Source of the DNA: Candidatus Hydrogenedentota bacterium | GTDB lineage: Bacteria > Hydrogenedentota > Hydrogenedentia > Hydrogenedentales > SLHB01 | DNA length: 64,000 nt | NCBI GenBank assembly: GCA_963745075.1 | Contig: CAVUWV010000008.1 | Location: 1 to 64,000 of the forward strand | Direction: 5' to 3' | Part shown: positions 19,749-29,347 of the stretch, one piece after another | Layout of the letters: the number at the start of each line of letters is the position of its first letter | Position numbering within the stretch: position 1 is the first letter of the stretch | Made by a program: the position numbers and the translations under genes | The notes under the pieces: generated by a model | What the model saw: only the letters and a program-made list of their open reading frames with translations | The model's database searches: none | Told to the model about the DNA's origin: nothing

Positions 19749-21445
19749 CTGGGTCCCTAACCGCAAACATCGTAAAAAACTTTCGCATTTGTCTAAGCGG
19801 CCTTGGGGGTAAGTTGTTGGATAGTTGCGTGTTGGGCCATGAGTATGGCTGCGCATAGTTGAGTTCCTTTGGTGGTGATTTGGTAGCGACGGGTGCGTGA
19901 TGTTTTGGCAATAAGACCGTGGGCTCGGAGAAGCCGTAGGCGATAGGAGACGCGACCGGAGGCGGCGCGTCGGGCACGGAGGTCGCCCTGATCCTTGGGA
20001 TAAAGGATGGCGGACAGGTCCTTGTTGCGGAAGCCTGCGATGAGAAACTCGGGTTTGTTGATGGTTTGCAGAAGTTCGAGGTCTTGGTGTGCCCAAGGCC
20101 GCAGGCCGCGATAGGTCGTTCCTTTTTTGGTGACCCTTTTGGTGACGGGGGCGAGGAGTTGTGCCAAGGGAGTGGAGGTATCGAATGGTGTCAGGGCTTC
20201 GAGGTAGCGTTCGTTGGCGCGTTGAGAGACCTGCGTGCGCCGTTCGAGATCGGCTACGCCTTTGCGCATGGAACGGTGAGCCAAGTCTTTGGGGTCACCG
20301 CCTTCCTTGGGCCGGTAGACCGGGATGTCGTGGGGGTTGTTGATGGTGGTTTCGATGCGAAGGATTTGGGCCCCTTTGTCATACATCTTGACGGAATTGT
20401 TGTTGACGGCATGTTTGACGGAGAGGCCGTCGAGACGGTCGTGATAATGGCTCTGGACTTCGCCGGCAAAGTGGCGTTGGAATTGTTTGCCCAAAAAGCG
20501 CATGACATGCCGTGTGGAAAAGGTGGTGATGGCGCCCCAGACAAGTTGAGGATAGATATCTTGGAGGTCTTGGGCCGAGGTAAACGTGATGTCCGTGGCC
20601 CATTCGGTTTGGTGAGCGGTCCAGTAGTAGCGGGCATAGGGACCGAGGATCTCTTGATGCGCAGGATTCAACCGCGCGGCGATTTCGTGAAGGGTTTCGG
20701 TCCAGTTGAGACGGACCAGTTCATCGAGCAATTGCTGGGCGCGCTCCGGGTCCTCTAGATGCGGGAAACTGTTCTCGTAGCGGATGTATTTGCAACCTTC
20801 GGCATCCATTCGCCGAGCCAGCCATTCCCGTCCATTCACACAGACTTGGACGTGAAAGGGATACCAGGTTTGGATGCGGGCATGCATGAAGCCGAACAGA
20901 GGATCGACGTAGTAATGATACAAGTGGAGACACTTACGCAGACGATAGACGAGTTCCAGTTTCTTGGCCTCCCGATTGCGATACATCTCGTAGGTCATGC
21001 AGGGCTCCACACAAGAAAGCACGCACAGCAAACCGGAATCGACGGGATTCTCCGCGAGTACCTGTCTGGCGATAGTCTCCTTACGGGTTTGACTCGATTG
21101 CACGTAGATGACCGGTCTATCCAGATGTTCAGCCTGAGCCAACGAGGCCTTTTTCAGTTTCTTGGTCGTCTCCTCCACATGGGCTCCGAAGTTGCGGCGG
21201 GGAACGTCACACCGCGACAAGTGCCTTTTCATGCCGTCTGGATGGACTATAGACCGCAAAAGCCCTCGAAAGACGATTCGATCAAAACCGCTCAGAATCG
21301 AACTGGCTTTATCCCGGTACTTCTGCATAAACTCAAGCATGGCGTTTCTCCTTCTCGTGTTAGACCACTGCGGATACCTATTGTATCTGCAAAGGGGAAA
21401 CGCCATTCATCTCCTCACTTTTGGTTGCGGCTATGCCGCGCTGGG
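19749..21445 (-). mobile_element. IS-like element without terminal inverted repeats, bounded by CTGGG direct repeats
   Basis: CTGGG at 19749-19753 and 21441-21445; removing it restores the REP arm; subterminal hairpin GCGGC-TAT-GCCGC; one ORF fills the element. Confidence 0.8.
19793..21340 (-). CDS. Putative transposase, non-DDE, Rep_trans-like core with C-terminal winged helix (515 aa)
   Basis: GFDRIVFRG, LHLYHYY.DP.FG, QTWYPF, SVKMYDK..LRIETTIN, GFRNKDL..LRAHGLI..RYQIT; AAGGAG RBS. Confidence 0.7.
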   Translation of the reverse strand: MLEFMQKYRDKASSILSGFDRIVFRGLLRSIVHPDGMKRHLSRCDVPRRNFGAHVEETTKKLKKASLAQAEHLDRPVIYVQSSQTRKETIARQVLAENPVDSGLLCVLSCVEPCMTYEMYRNREAKKLELVYRLRKCLHLYHYYVDPLFGFMHARIQTWYPFHVQVCVNGREWLARRMDAEGCKYIRYENSFPHLEDPERAQQLLDELVRLNWTETLHEIAARLNPAHQEILGPYARYYWTAHQTEWATDITFTSAQDLQDIYPQLVWGAITTFSTRHVMRFLGKQFQRHFAGEVQSHYHDRLDGLSVKHAVNNNSVKMYDKGAQILRIETTINNPHDIPVYRPKEGGDPKDLAHRSMRKGVADLERRTQVSQRANERYLEALTPFDTSTPLAQLLAPVTKRVTKKGTTYRGLRPWAHQDLELLQTINKPEFLIAGFRNKDLSAILYPKDQGDLRARRAASGRVSYRLRLLRAHGLIAKTSRTRRYQITTKGTQLCAAILMAQHATIQQLTPKAA

Positions 21446-21663
21446 CTGTCATGTTCCACCCCTTCGGGGTTGTTGTATCCTGGGCCGATTGTAGAAGCTC
21501 CAAGGCCACGCTGGGGCCTGGCCGCTTCGTTCCAACCAATCGAAGTAGACCTGATTCTCTCCGATCGACCAAGTCCTTGCGCGACCTCACACGGCATCCC
21601 CAGCGACGCAGGCAAGCCTCCTCAGTGAAAGCAGCCGCAAGCGGCCGCACTCCAAAGTGCCAG

Positions 21664-21810
21664 GGCACCACCATCGTCCGAAACCAAATCACCGACATGA
21701 AACCCGCGCCGCTGTCGACGATGCCCACGGGTTTGTTGAACAGTTTCACGGAGGAGGAGATCCTGGATTTGATGGCGTATCTGCGGTCGGTGCCGGGGAA
21801 GGGAGAGTGA
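21664..21810 (+). pseudogene. Orphan duplicate of the 3' end of the PVC haem protein gene
   Basis: Encodes GTTIVRNQ..EEILDLMAYLRSVPGKGE*; first 105 bp identical to 19218-19322. Confidence 0.85.
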
Positions 21811-22241
21811 AGCGAAACAATAGGACGCGGATGACGCGGATGATACGGATTATCGCGGATAAGAATCGGAATAACTCGACAGGATCCGCTTGGGACGTCC
21901 ACACTGGGAGCGCCTGGCTCCAGCCTGGCGAGGTTCGAAGGGGTAACCGCTTGTTGTGCAGGGATGGTTATTGTTTTGGGCGTAGTGGACCCTCCGAAGC
22001 GGGCCACGCTGTCCCCGCGTTCGCGAGGATGACGGGCGTGGCGGTCCCAGTGGATTCCGGATTGCGGATTGGGAGGAAGGCTGTCAGTAAGGGAATACGA
22101 AGGTCTGTTTCAGTTCAGGCCCAGGATTCCAGTTCGAGTCCGTCGACGCGTTGGAACTCGCGAAGGCGGGAACCCAAGGTCTCGGCAACGGCCACCGGGT
22201 CCTTCATTCGACGCCGGAAATTCTGGCGTTGTCCGCTTACG

Positions 22242-22281
22242 AAAAACGGGGCGCGCCCGGTCATCCGGACGCGCCCGCTTT
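22242..22281 (-). terminator. Intrinsic terminator after ankyrin gene
   Basis: GC-rich stem GGGCGCG.CCGG/CCGG.CGCGCCC followed by a T-run on the minus strand. Confidence 0.6.
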
Positions 22282-22313
22282 CTAATCCAACCGGTCGAGG
22301 ACTTCGAATCGCG

Positions 22314-22835
22314 TCAATACGAACCCCCATGGGCGCCCAGCAGGTCGGCGACTTCTTCGTAGCCCATCAGTTTGGCGACGGCGAATGGTGTCATGCCACC
22401 GGCGAAGTCGTCGCGGACATTTACATCGGCTCCGTAACTCACCAGGAGTTCGGCCATATCGTCGCGCCCGTTCAACGCGACCCAGTGCAGCGTCGACATT
22501 CCGTCCTTGTTTACTTCGTTGACGTCGGCGCCACTTTCGATGAGGGCCTTGACGGCGTCGGCGTGACCGCGACGGACCGCCTTGTGCAGAGGGGTCTCGC
22601 CGAAATCGTCGCGTTCGCCGGGGTCGGCGCCGCCGGCCAAGAGCTTCCGGACGGCCTGTTCCATGCCCCAATAAGCGGCGCGCTGCAAGAGCGTTTCGCC
22701 GGCGGCCTGTTCCGGGGTATCTTCCTTTTCTTGGCGAAGCATAAATTCCGTCAAAGCGACGTGCCCACTTTTCATGGCGCGACTCATCGGCGTTTCGCCG
22801 TCTGCGTCCATCGCGTTATACCAATGAACCGCCAT
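22314..22835 (-). CDS. Ankyrin repeat protein
   Basis: GETPLHKA, GADVN, TLHWVALNG repeats; GGGAGA RBS before 22835. Confidence 0.9.
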   Translation of the reverse strand: MAVHWYNAMDADGETPMSRAMKSGHVALTEFMLRQEKEDTPEQAAGETLLQRAAYWGMEQAVRKLLAGGADPGERDDFGETPLHKAVRRGHADAVKALIESGADVNEVNKDGMSTLHWVALNGRDDMAELLVSYGADVNVRDDFAGGMTPFAVAKLMGYEEVADLLGAHGGSY

Positions 22836-23147
22836 GTCGGAATCTCCCAGCGTCATTTTGTGCAACATACTCATGCCGGTAAAGGAGCAAGCTGGATGCC
22901 AACCGGGTTCCGGGGGCATTGGTATTGCCGGTCTTGAGCTTAACTCGCTAAGTGACACGAACTTGGAGGTCGTGTCGCACCTCACAAGTATTATACCCGG
23001 AATTTGCTGAGCGGTGAAACTTCTCACTATCGAGCTGTCGAAATGGCAAGGTTTTGTCAATCCTGGTAAGAACCTCGCCGTCCGGTAACGGATGAACGGT
23101 GGACCGAATCCAAAGCTTGCCAACACCACCCCGAAGGCGGTATTCTC

Positions 23148-24098
23148 TTGGCCATGCAGCATCATGATCGATCACTGAGGATTCCGGTCGTCGCCCGGAG
23201 GCGCGTCCACATTCTAAGTCACTGGGAAATAATGATGTCGGTGGCTCTGGTTGCGATCGTTGGCAGCGTCGGTTGCGGCGGTTCGGCAAGCAGTCCGGCA
23301 TCGTCTTCCGACGAGGCGTCCGCAACGGAGACGGCGGACCCCGACACACTCCTGGCGCAGTGGAAGACGCTGGTTGCAAATCCGGAGAATCCGGCAAACG
23401 ACATGCAGAGCCGAATGGTCGCGGTTCAGTTGGCAAACCAGGCGCCGGACCGGCTGAACGTTATGGTGGACATGTTGACCGATCCCGCCACCAAGCCCGA
23501 GTCGAAGCTGTTGATTTACTCGAGTCTCGAGACGGTCCTTAATCCGGAATTGGTGAAAAGGCTGCTGGACCTCACCAAGCCCGGCGTCGACGATTCGGTT
23601 CGCGCCGGGGTGACCATGCTCCTGGCACGGGTTGGCAATCCGATCATCGACGAGCGGCTTCAGGAACTCAAGACCGATGAGGACCGCCGCGTCCGGCTGG
23701 CGGCGCTGAACGGGTTGATGTTGCACGGCGATGTGGATGCCCGGAATCGTCTGCGCGACATGTATTTTGAAAAGGATTTGCCGAAGCAGTACAAGGAGCG
23801 CATTGCGTTGACCTTTGGTTTGTCGCCCAAGCCGGACGATATTGCGTTGTTGGCGGATGCCTTGAGTTCGGATGACATATCCGACGCGACGAAATCGACC
23901 ATTGTGGGCGCGATGGGCCTGTTGTCGGATCCCGCGTGCTTGCCCGCATTGCAGGCGTGCATCGCGGGGAACGCTCCCGAGGAATTGAAAGCATTCGCGA
24001 AGGAAACCGCTAACGCGATCAAGGCCCGGAATTCCGGCGGCGAAACTGCCGAAGGTACGACCGCTGCGCCGTCCACTGGCGCGGCCGCAAGTCAATAG
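23148..24098 (+). CDS. HEAT-repeat lipoprotein (start uncertain)
   Basis: Hydrophobic signal plus VGC lipobox; DEDRRVRLAALNGL HEAT-like repeats. Confidence 0.7.
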   Translation: MAMQHHDRSLRIPVVARRRVHILSHWEIMMSVALVAIVGSVGCGGSASSPASSSDEASATETADPDTLLAQWKTLVANPENPANDMQSRMVAVQLANQAPDRLNVMVDMLTDPATKPESKLLIYSSLETVLNPELVKRLLDLTKPGVDDSVRAGVTMLLARVGNPIIDERLQELKTDEDRRVRLAALNGLMLHGDVDARNRLRDMYFEKDLPKQYKERIALTFGLSPKPDDIALLADALSSDDISDATKSTIVGAMGLLSDPACLPALQACIAGNAPEELKAFAKETANAIKARNSGGETAEGTTAAPSTGAAASQ

Positions 24099-24153
24099 AC
24101 GGTCCGCCGCACGAGACACGCATCGCGTGGACTCGGAGTAAGGATGACCTGCC

Positions 24154-24501
24154 GTGTTGTTTCGAAAACGATCCAAACGTAGCATTCCCCCTCCCCATCG
24201 GACGCACCAGACCGATGCGTCGGCCAACCCCGGCGGGTTCTACGCCATAGAATACGATATGATGCTGAAGGGAGCCGTAACGAAGCGCCACGGCGTCCCG
24301 GTACGCCAGTTCGGGGTTTATGTCAACGGTTCGATCCGGCTGGTCACCAGCGGCGACCATGTCGATCGCGACACCTACGAGGCCCTGATCGCCGAGGGTG
24401 CGATTCAACGGCCGGCCGGCGTTGCTTCGGAGCCGGAGGATGCCGGAGAAAAACGCAACCTTCCGTTCGCCGACGATCGCGGCCCGGAGATGGAGTACTA
24501 A
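24154..24501 (+). CDS. Hypothetical protein
   Basis: Co-oriented, 3 bp from next gene, AAGGA RBS. Confidence 0.65.
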   Translation: MLFRKRSKRSIPPPHRTHQTDASANPGGFYAIEYDMMLKGAVTKRHGVPVRQFGVYVNGSIRLVTSGDHVDRDTYEALIAEGAIQRPAGVASEPEDAGEKRNLPFADDRGPEMEY

Positions 24502-24504
24502 GCA

Positions 24505-25917
24505 TTGGCCGCATCGATCTCACTGGCCATGATCGTCAAAGATGAGGCCGCCCACCTGCCGGAGTGCCTCGATAGCGTTCGCGAGGCGGTGAGCGAAATC
24601 TGCATCGTCGACACCGGGTCGTCGGACAACACGCTCGAGATCATCAAGTCGTACGATGCCAAGTTCAGCGTGTTTATCTGGTGCGACGATTTTGCCGCCG
24701 CCCGGAACGAGTCGCTGCGCCTTTGCACGCAGGAGTGGATCTTCGTGTTGGATGCGGACGAACGGCTTGACCCCAACGACCTGCCGGCGCTGCAACGTCT
24801 CGCGCGGGGATCGCACGATAGTTCCTACCGTTTCACGACCCGGAACTACACCAACAACACGGCAGTCAGTGAATTCCAGCCCTGCGATGCAGGCGACCCG
24901 AATTCGCGCGAGTTCGCGGGGTGGTATCCAAGCACGAAGGTGCGGTTCTTTCCCAACCGGCGCGGGGCGAAATTCGAGGGGAAGGTCCACGAACTCGTGA
25001 ACCAGTCCCTCGAACGACAGGGCATTCGAACCGTGGACTGTCCGATCCCGATTCATCACTACCCGCTCACGAAAGACGACGAGCAGATTCGCAAGAAGCA
25101 GGAACTCTACCTCAAGCTCGGCCACGAGAAGGCGGTCGCCGATCCCAAAGATCCGAATGCTTACGCGGAACTCGGCAATCAGTATGCGGAAGTCGGCGAC
25201 TACGCCAACGCGGCGGGCGCTTACCGCGAAGCCGCGAAGCTGGACCCGGCGAACGCGGCCTATCTGAAAGACCTGGGCGGCATGTTGTACCAACTCGGCC
25301 GACACGAGGAAGCCCACCGCGCCCTCCGGCTTGCGCTCGAACAGGATCCCAACCTCATCGACGCCTGGCGCAATCTCGGGGTCGTCCTGGTCGACGCCAA
25401 GCAGTTCGACGGGGCGATCGAATGTTTTCAACGCGCCCTCCAATTGGACCCGGCCTGGAACGACGGGCACCGCTACCTGAGCGTCGCCATCGAAGGGACG
25501 GGTCGTCTGGCGGATGCGGCCGTGGAGTCCCGCAAGTCCCTGGAGGCCAAGCCTCACTGCAAAGAGTGCCTCCAGCTCTATATCCACCAGATGTTACGGC
25601 TGGAACGCCGTGCGGAGGCCCGGGAATTCATCCGCGGCCTGATCGACGCCGGAAGCGACACGGCGGAACTTCATAACGCATTGGGGGAGCTATACTTTTA
25701 CGATCGCGAGTTCGCTCCCGCGGAGACCCATTTCGCCATTGCCGGGGCCGGTGGCCTTACCAGTGCGTATAACAACCTCGGCGTAGTCCAGTTCAAACAG
25801 GGCAAGTTCGCGGAAGCCAAGTCCGCGTTCGAAAAATGTCTCGAACGCGATCCCGGGCACAAAGGTGCCCACAGCAACCTCCAACGCGCTATCGAGCGCC
25901 TCTCCAATCCCTCCTAA
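24505..25917 (+). CDS. GT2 glycosyltransferase with TPR repeats
   Basis: MIVKDE, VDTGSSD, DFAAARN, LDADE, VHE; C-terminal TPRs. Confidence 0.92.
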   Translation: MAASISLAMIVKDEAAHLPECLDSVREAVSEICIVDTGSSDNTLEIIKSYDAKFSVFIWCDDFAAARNESLRLCTQEWIFVLDADERLDPNDLPALQRLARGSHDSSYRFTTRNYTNNTAVSEFQPCDAGDPNSREFAGWYPSTKVRFFPNRRGAKFEGKVHELVNQSLERQGIRTVDCPIPIHHYPLTKDDEQIRKKQELYLKLGHEKAVADPKDPNAYAELGNQYAEVGDYANAAGAYREAAKLDPANAAYLKDLGGMLYQLGRHEEAHRALRLALEQDPNLIDAWRNLGVVLVDAKQFDGAIECFQRALQLDPAWNDGHRYLSVAIEGTGRLADAAVESRKSLEAKPHCKECLQLYIHQMLRLERRAEAREFIRGLIDAGSDTAELHNALGELYFYDREFAPAETHFAIAGAGGLTSAYNNLGVVQFKQGKFAEAKSAFEKCLERDPGHKGAHSNLQRAIERLSNPS

Positions 25918-25980
25918 TCCAACACCCTTAAACGCGTTAAGCCAAGTCCCCCGATCCCAAATCCGCAATCCACAATCGAA

Positions 25981-26007
25981 TGTCCTGAATGAAATCGCCC
26001 ATTCGTC
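25981..26007 (+). promoter_or_regulatory. ECF42-type promoter
   Basis: TGTCCT-N17-CGTC upstream of the VOC-yciI-SRPBCC operon. Confidence 0.6.
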
Positions 26008-26047
26008 GTGTTACTAAATCGCCCCCCCTCATGCAAGGAGGCTATCG

Positions 26048-26926
26048 ATGGAAAAGATCACTCCGTTCCTGTGGTACGACGACAAGGCCGAAGAAGCGGC
26101 GAATTTCTATACCTCCATTTTCAAGAATTCGAGGGTTCTAACTACCACTCGCTACGGCGAATCCGGCCCCGGACCGAAGGGAACCGTGATGACCGTTGCG
26201 TTTGAACTCGATGGCAGGCAGTTCGCCGCCTTGAACGGCGGACCCCTCTATTCCTTCACGCCGGCCATTTCGTTTTTCGTGAAGTGTGAAACCCAGGAGG
26301 AAATCGAGACGTTGTGGGGAAACCTCTCCGGCGACGGTACCGTTCTCATGGATCTCGCCGAATACCCCTTCAGCGCAAAATTCGGGTGGGTAATGGACCG
26401 GTTTGGTGTGTCGTGGCAATTGAACTTATCGGGAACGGCGCAAGCAATCGATCCCTTTCTCATGTTCGTCGGCGAACAGCACGGTCGCGCCGAGGAAGCC
26501 ATGCGATTCTACGTTGCAACCTTCAACAACTCGCGCATTATCGAAACGGCACTGTATGGTCGGGACGATCCGGAACCTGAAGGGACGGTCAAGCACGCCG
26601 TGTTTTCGCTCGACGGTCGTGAGTTCATGGTTTCGGAGAACAGCCTCGACCACGCATTTACCTTTACGCCGGCAACGTCTTTTTTCGTTCAATGTGAAAC
26701 GCAAATCGAGATCGATACGATGTGGGAGAAACTTTCGGAGGGCAGCGAAAAAGGACGTTGCGGCTGGCTCACGGATAAGTTCGGCGTATCCTGGCAAGTC
26801 ATACCGTCGGTCCTCGGCGAACTGTTGCACGACCCGGACCCGCAGAAATCCGAGCGCGTCATGGACGCCATGCTCAAAATGGACAAGTTGGATATCGCGA
26901 CATTGAAGGAGGCGCACGCGCAATAA
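26048..26926 (+). CDS. Two-domain VOC/PhnB-like (3-dmu-9 3-methyltransferase-like) protein
   Basis: ITPFLW, LNGGP, FTPAISF, CGWLTDKFGVSWQ, duplicated domain. Confidence 0.9.
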   Translation: MEKITPFLWYDDKAEEAANFYTSIFKNSRVLTTTRYGESGPGPKGTVMTVAFELDGRQFAALNGGPLYSFTPAISFFVKCETQEEIETLWGNLSGDGTVLMDLAEYPFSAKFGWVMDRFGVSWQLNLSGTAQAIDPFLMFVGEQHGRAEEAMRFYVATFNNSRIIETALYGRDDPEPEGTVKHAVFSLDGREFMVSENSLDHAFTFTPATSFFVQCETQIEIDTMWEKLSEGSEKGRCGWLTDKFGVSWQVIPSVLGELLHDPDPQKSERVMDAMLKMDKLDIATLKEAHAQ

Positions 26927-26971
26927 CAGCGTGCGGCGTCCACACGTGAGCACCAATCGAAAGGACGATCC

Positions 26972-27340
26972 ATGAAGTTCTTGTGTTTGATCTGCGCCGA
27001 GAAGCTCATGGAAGACATGCCGGAAGCCGATGCGGAGAAGCACTTCCACGAGTACCTGGATTTCACCGAACGCATCAAGGCTAGCGGCCACTTCGTCGGT
27101 GCGAATCGATTGACACCGGCCGTGGCCGCGACGACGGTTCGCGTCCGCAATGAGAAGGTAACGACCACCGACGGCCCGTTCGCCGAAACGAAGGAACAGG
27201 TCGGCGGATACTATGTAATCGAAGCCCGGAACCGAAACGAAGCGATCGAGGTGGCGGCGCAGATCCCCGGTGCGCGATTCGGGTGCGTCGAAGTGCGTCC
27301 GATCGCCGACGATCCCCAAACGCTCGCGCTGGGTTTTTAA
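26972..27340 (+). CDS. YciI/DGPF domain protein
   Basis: TDGPFAETKEQVGGYY, VEVRP. Confidence 0.92.
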   Translation: MKFLCLICAEKLMEDMPEADAEKHFHEYLDFTERIKASGHFVGANRLTPAVAATTVRVRNEKVTTTDGPFAETKEQVGGYYVIEARNRNEAIEVAAQIPGARFGCVEVRPIADDPQTLALGF

Positions 27341-27402
27341 TTTGATTTTGTCGAAAACTGGTAGCGGAATAATTGAGTCCAATCAGAGGAGCACATTCTC
27401 CC

Positions 27403-27951
27403 ATGCGCAACGTGATTCTCATCGTGATCGCAGTGCTCGCAGCAGCAGTGGTTGTTCCGGCGATCGCGATCGCAATGCGTCCCTCCGAATTTCGCGTTTC
27501 CCGGTCGACCACCGTGGCGGCGGCGCCCGAGATCGTGTTCGCGCAGGTCAACGACTTTCGCAAGTGGGACGCCTGGAATCCGTGGGCCAAGATCGATCCG
27601 GATATGTCGCAGACGTACGAGGGCGAGTCGGCGGGCGAAGGCGCGGTTTACACGTGGGCCGGCGACAAGAACGTGGGCGAAGGGCGCATGACCATCGAGG
27701 CGAGCCAGCCCTACGAGCGCATCGAGATCCAACTCGAATTCATGAAACCCTTCGCCGGCACGAATACCGCCGAATTTACGTTCGAGCCCGATGGGGAAGG
27801 GACCACAGTCACGTGGAGTATGCACGGTACAAACGGTTTCATGGCAAAGGCAATTGGTCTATTCATGGATATGGACAAGATGATTGGCGGCAATTTTGAA
27901 CAAGGGCTGGCGGACATGAAGGCCGCCTCGGAGTCCGCCGCTACGAGTTGA
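27403..27951 (+). CDS. SRPBCC family protein with N-terminal TM
   Basis: WNPWAKIDP, GEGRMTI, TTVTWSM, FEQGLA. Confidence 0.88.
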   Translation: MRNVILIVIAVLAAAVVVPAIAIAMRPSEFRVSRSTTVAAAPEIVFAQVNDFRKWDAWNPWAKIDPDMSQTYEGESAGEGAVYTWAGDKNVGEGRMTIEASQPYERIEIQLEFMKPFAGTNTAEFTFEPDGEGTTVTWSMHGTNGFMAKAIGLFMDMDKMIGGNFEQGLADMKAASESAATS

Positions 27952-28069
27952 TTGCAAGGTCAATTCGATCGCATCGCCAAGCTGCAAGGGACATGGCGCG
28001 TACCACGGCGAAGGTTTTCCGCCGGCTTATCGAAGGCGCCAGCGCACAACCCGCAAGAGGAGAGGTGAC

Positions 28070-28576
28070 ATGACTACACCGGAAACGTCGAGTCGGGAAT
28101 TCGTAATCTCACGCACATTCAACGCGCCGCGTGACCGCGTGTGGACGGCGTGCACGAACGTGGATCACATGGAACAGTGGTTTTCGCCGAAAGGATTCCG
28201 TACGCGCGTGGCGACGATGGATTTGCGCCCGGGCGGCATGTACCACTACTGCCTCGCATCCCCCGAGGGCCAGGAGATTTGGGGAAAATTCGTCTACCGC
28301 GAAATCGATCCTCCCAACCGGATCGTTTTTGTCAATTCCTTCTCAGACGCAGACGGCGGTATCACCCGGCACCCCATGAGTCCGGGTTGGCCGCTGCAAA
28401 TGCTGTCCACGTTCACCTTCCAAGATGACGATGAAAAGACCACCTTCACGGTGAACTGGTCCCCCATCGATCCCAGCGCAGAAGAACGAAAGACCTTCGA
28501 CGAAGGCCACGAAAGCATGACCCAAGGCTGGACCGGCACGCTTGACCAGCTCGAAGAATACCTGGCCAAACAATGA
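28070..28576 (+). CDS. SRPBCC/AHSA1-like protein
   Basis: ISRTFNAPRDRVW, DLRPGG, GWTGTLDQL. Confidence 0.9.
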   Translation: MTTPETSSREFVISRTFNAPRDRVWTACTNVDHMEQWFSPKGFRTRVATMDLRPGGMYHYCLASPEGQEIWGKFVYREIDPPNRIVFVNSFSDADGGITRHPMSPGWPLQMLSTFTFQDDDEKTTFTVNWSPIDPSAEERKTFDEGHESMTQGWTGTLDQLEEYLAKQ

Positions 28577-28610
28577 CCGCGTCTACAGGAACCCACCCGG
28601 GAGAGAAGCG

Positions 28611-29117
28611 ATGGCTGTCACAGACAACACGACGATCGATACGCAAGGCAAGGAACTGATCATCACACGCGCATTCGACGCGCCGCGCGAACGCGTGTGG
28701 AAGGCATGGGCGGATCCGGATTGCCTGAAACAATGGTGGGGTCCGAGGGATTTCACCGCCCCATCCATTACGCTCGACTTCCGCGAAGGTGGAACGTATC
28801 TCTATTGCATGCGCTCACCCGAAGGCCAGGATTACTGGTCGACAGGCACATTTCGCGAAGTCGTTCCGATGGAACGAATCGTCTATACGGATTCCTTCGC
28901 GGACGCGGAAGGCAACCCGGTGCCCGCCTCGCACTACGGCATGGAGGGCGACTGGCCGGCGGAACTACGCGTCACGCTGACCTTCGAGGACCAGGATGGC
29001 AAGACGAAGTTCATGCTTCGGCACGCCGGGCTTCCGGAAGGCCAGCACCGCGAGATGTGCGGAATGGGCTGGAAGGAATCTTTGGACAAGCTTGCGGCAA
29101 GCCTGGCGCAGGCATGA
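28611..29117 (+). CDS. SRPBCC/AHSA1-like protein
   Basis: ITRAFDAPRERVWKAW, WWGP, GWKESLDKL. Confidence 0.9.
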   Translation: MAVTDNTTIDTQGKELIITRAFDAPRERVWKAWADPDCLKQWWGPRDFTAPSITLDFREGGTYLYCMRSPEGQDYWSTGTFREVVPMERIVYTDSFADAEGNPVPASHYGMEGDWPAELRVTLTFEDQDGKTKFMLRHAGLPEGQHREMCGMGWKESLDKLAASLAQA

Positions 29118-29347
29118 GTCGTTGACGGCGGAAAACCAAGGCGTACGCCGTCGACGCAAACGAAGAGAATTTCGATCGTCTCGAAGCGGAACTGGCCTGC
29201 ATGATTTGACCGGCTACCGGTTAGTTTTACTCGGAACCTTTGAGGAAACGCCGCACAGGCAATTTTTGTTGCTGCAACGGTGTAATTCGGCGGTTGAACA
29301 GGATTCGGTTTGCGCCGTCCGGTAAAGAACAGAGGGAGAAAGAACGT

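Larger units (their letters stand above)
19430..21470. repeat. REPIN-like palindromic element (GCCCTGAAAGGGC family); right arm interrupted by an IS-like element
   Basis: Left arm GCCCTGAAAGGGC..CATGACAGCCCAGGG..GCCCTGGG..GCCCTGAAAGGGC (19430-19521); right arm GCTCTTTCAGAGC..CCCAGGGCGTTGCCCTGGG | CTGTCATG..ACCCCTTCGGGGT. Confidence 0.8.

Noticed and set aside
19218..21810. Diversity-generating retroelement (TR/VR pair)
   Set aside because: The repeat is identical, later differences are mostly synonymous and not adenine-specific, and there is no reverse transcriptase
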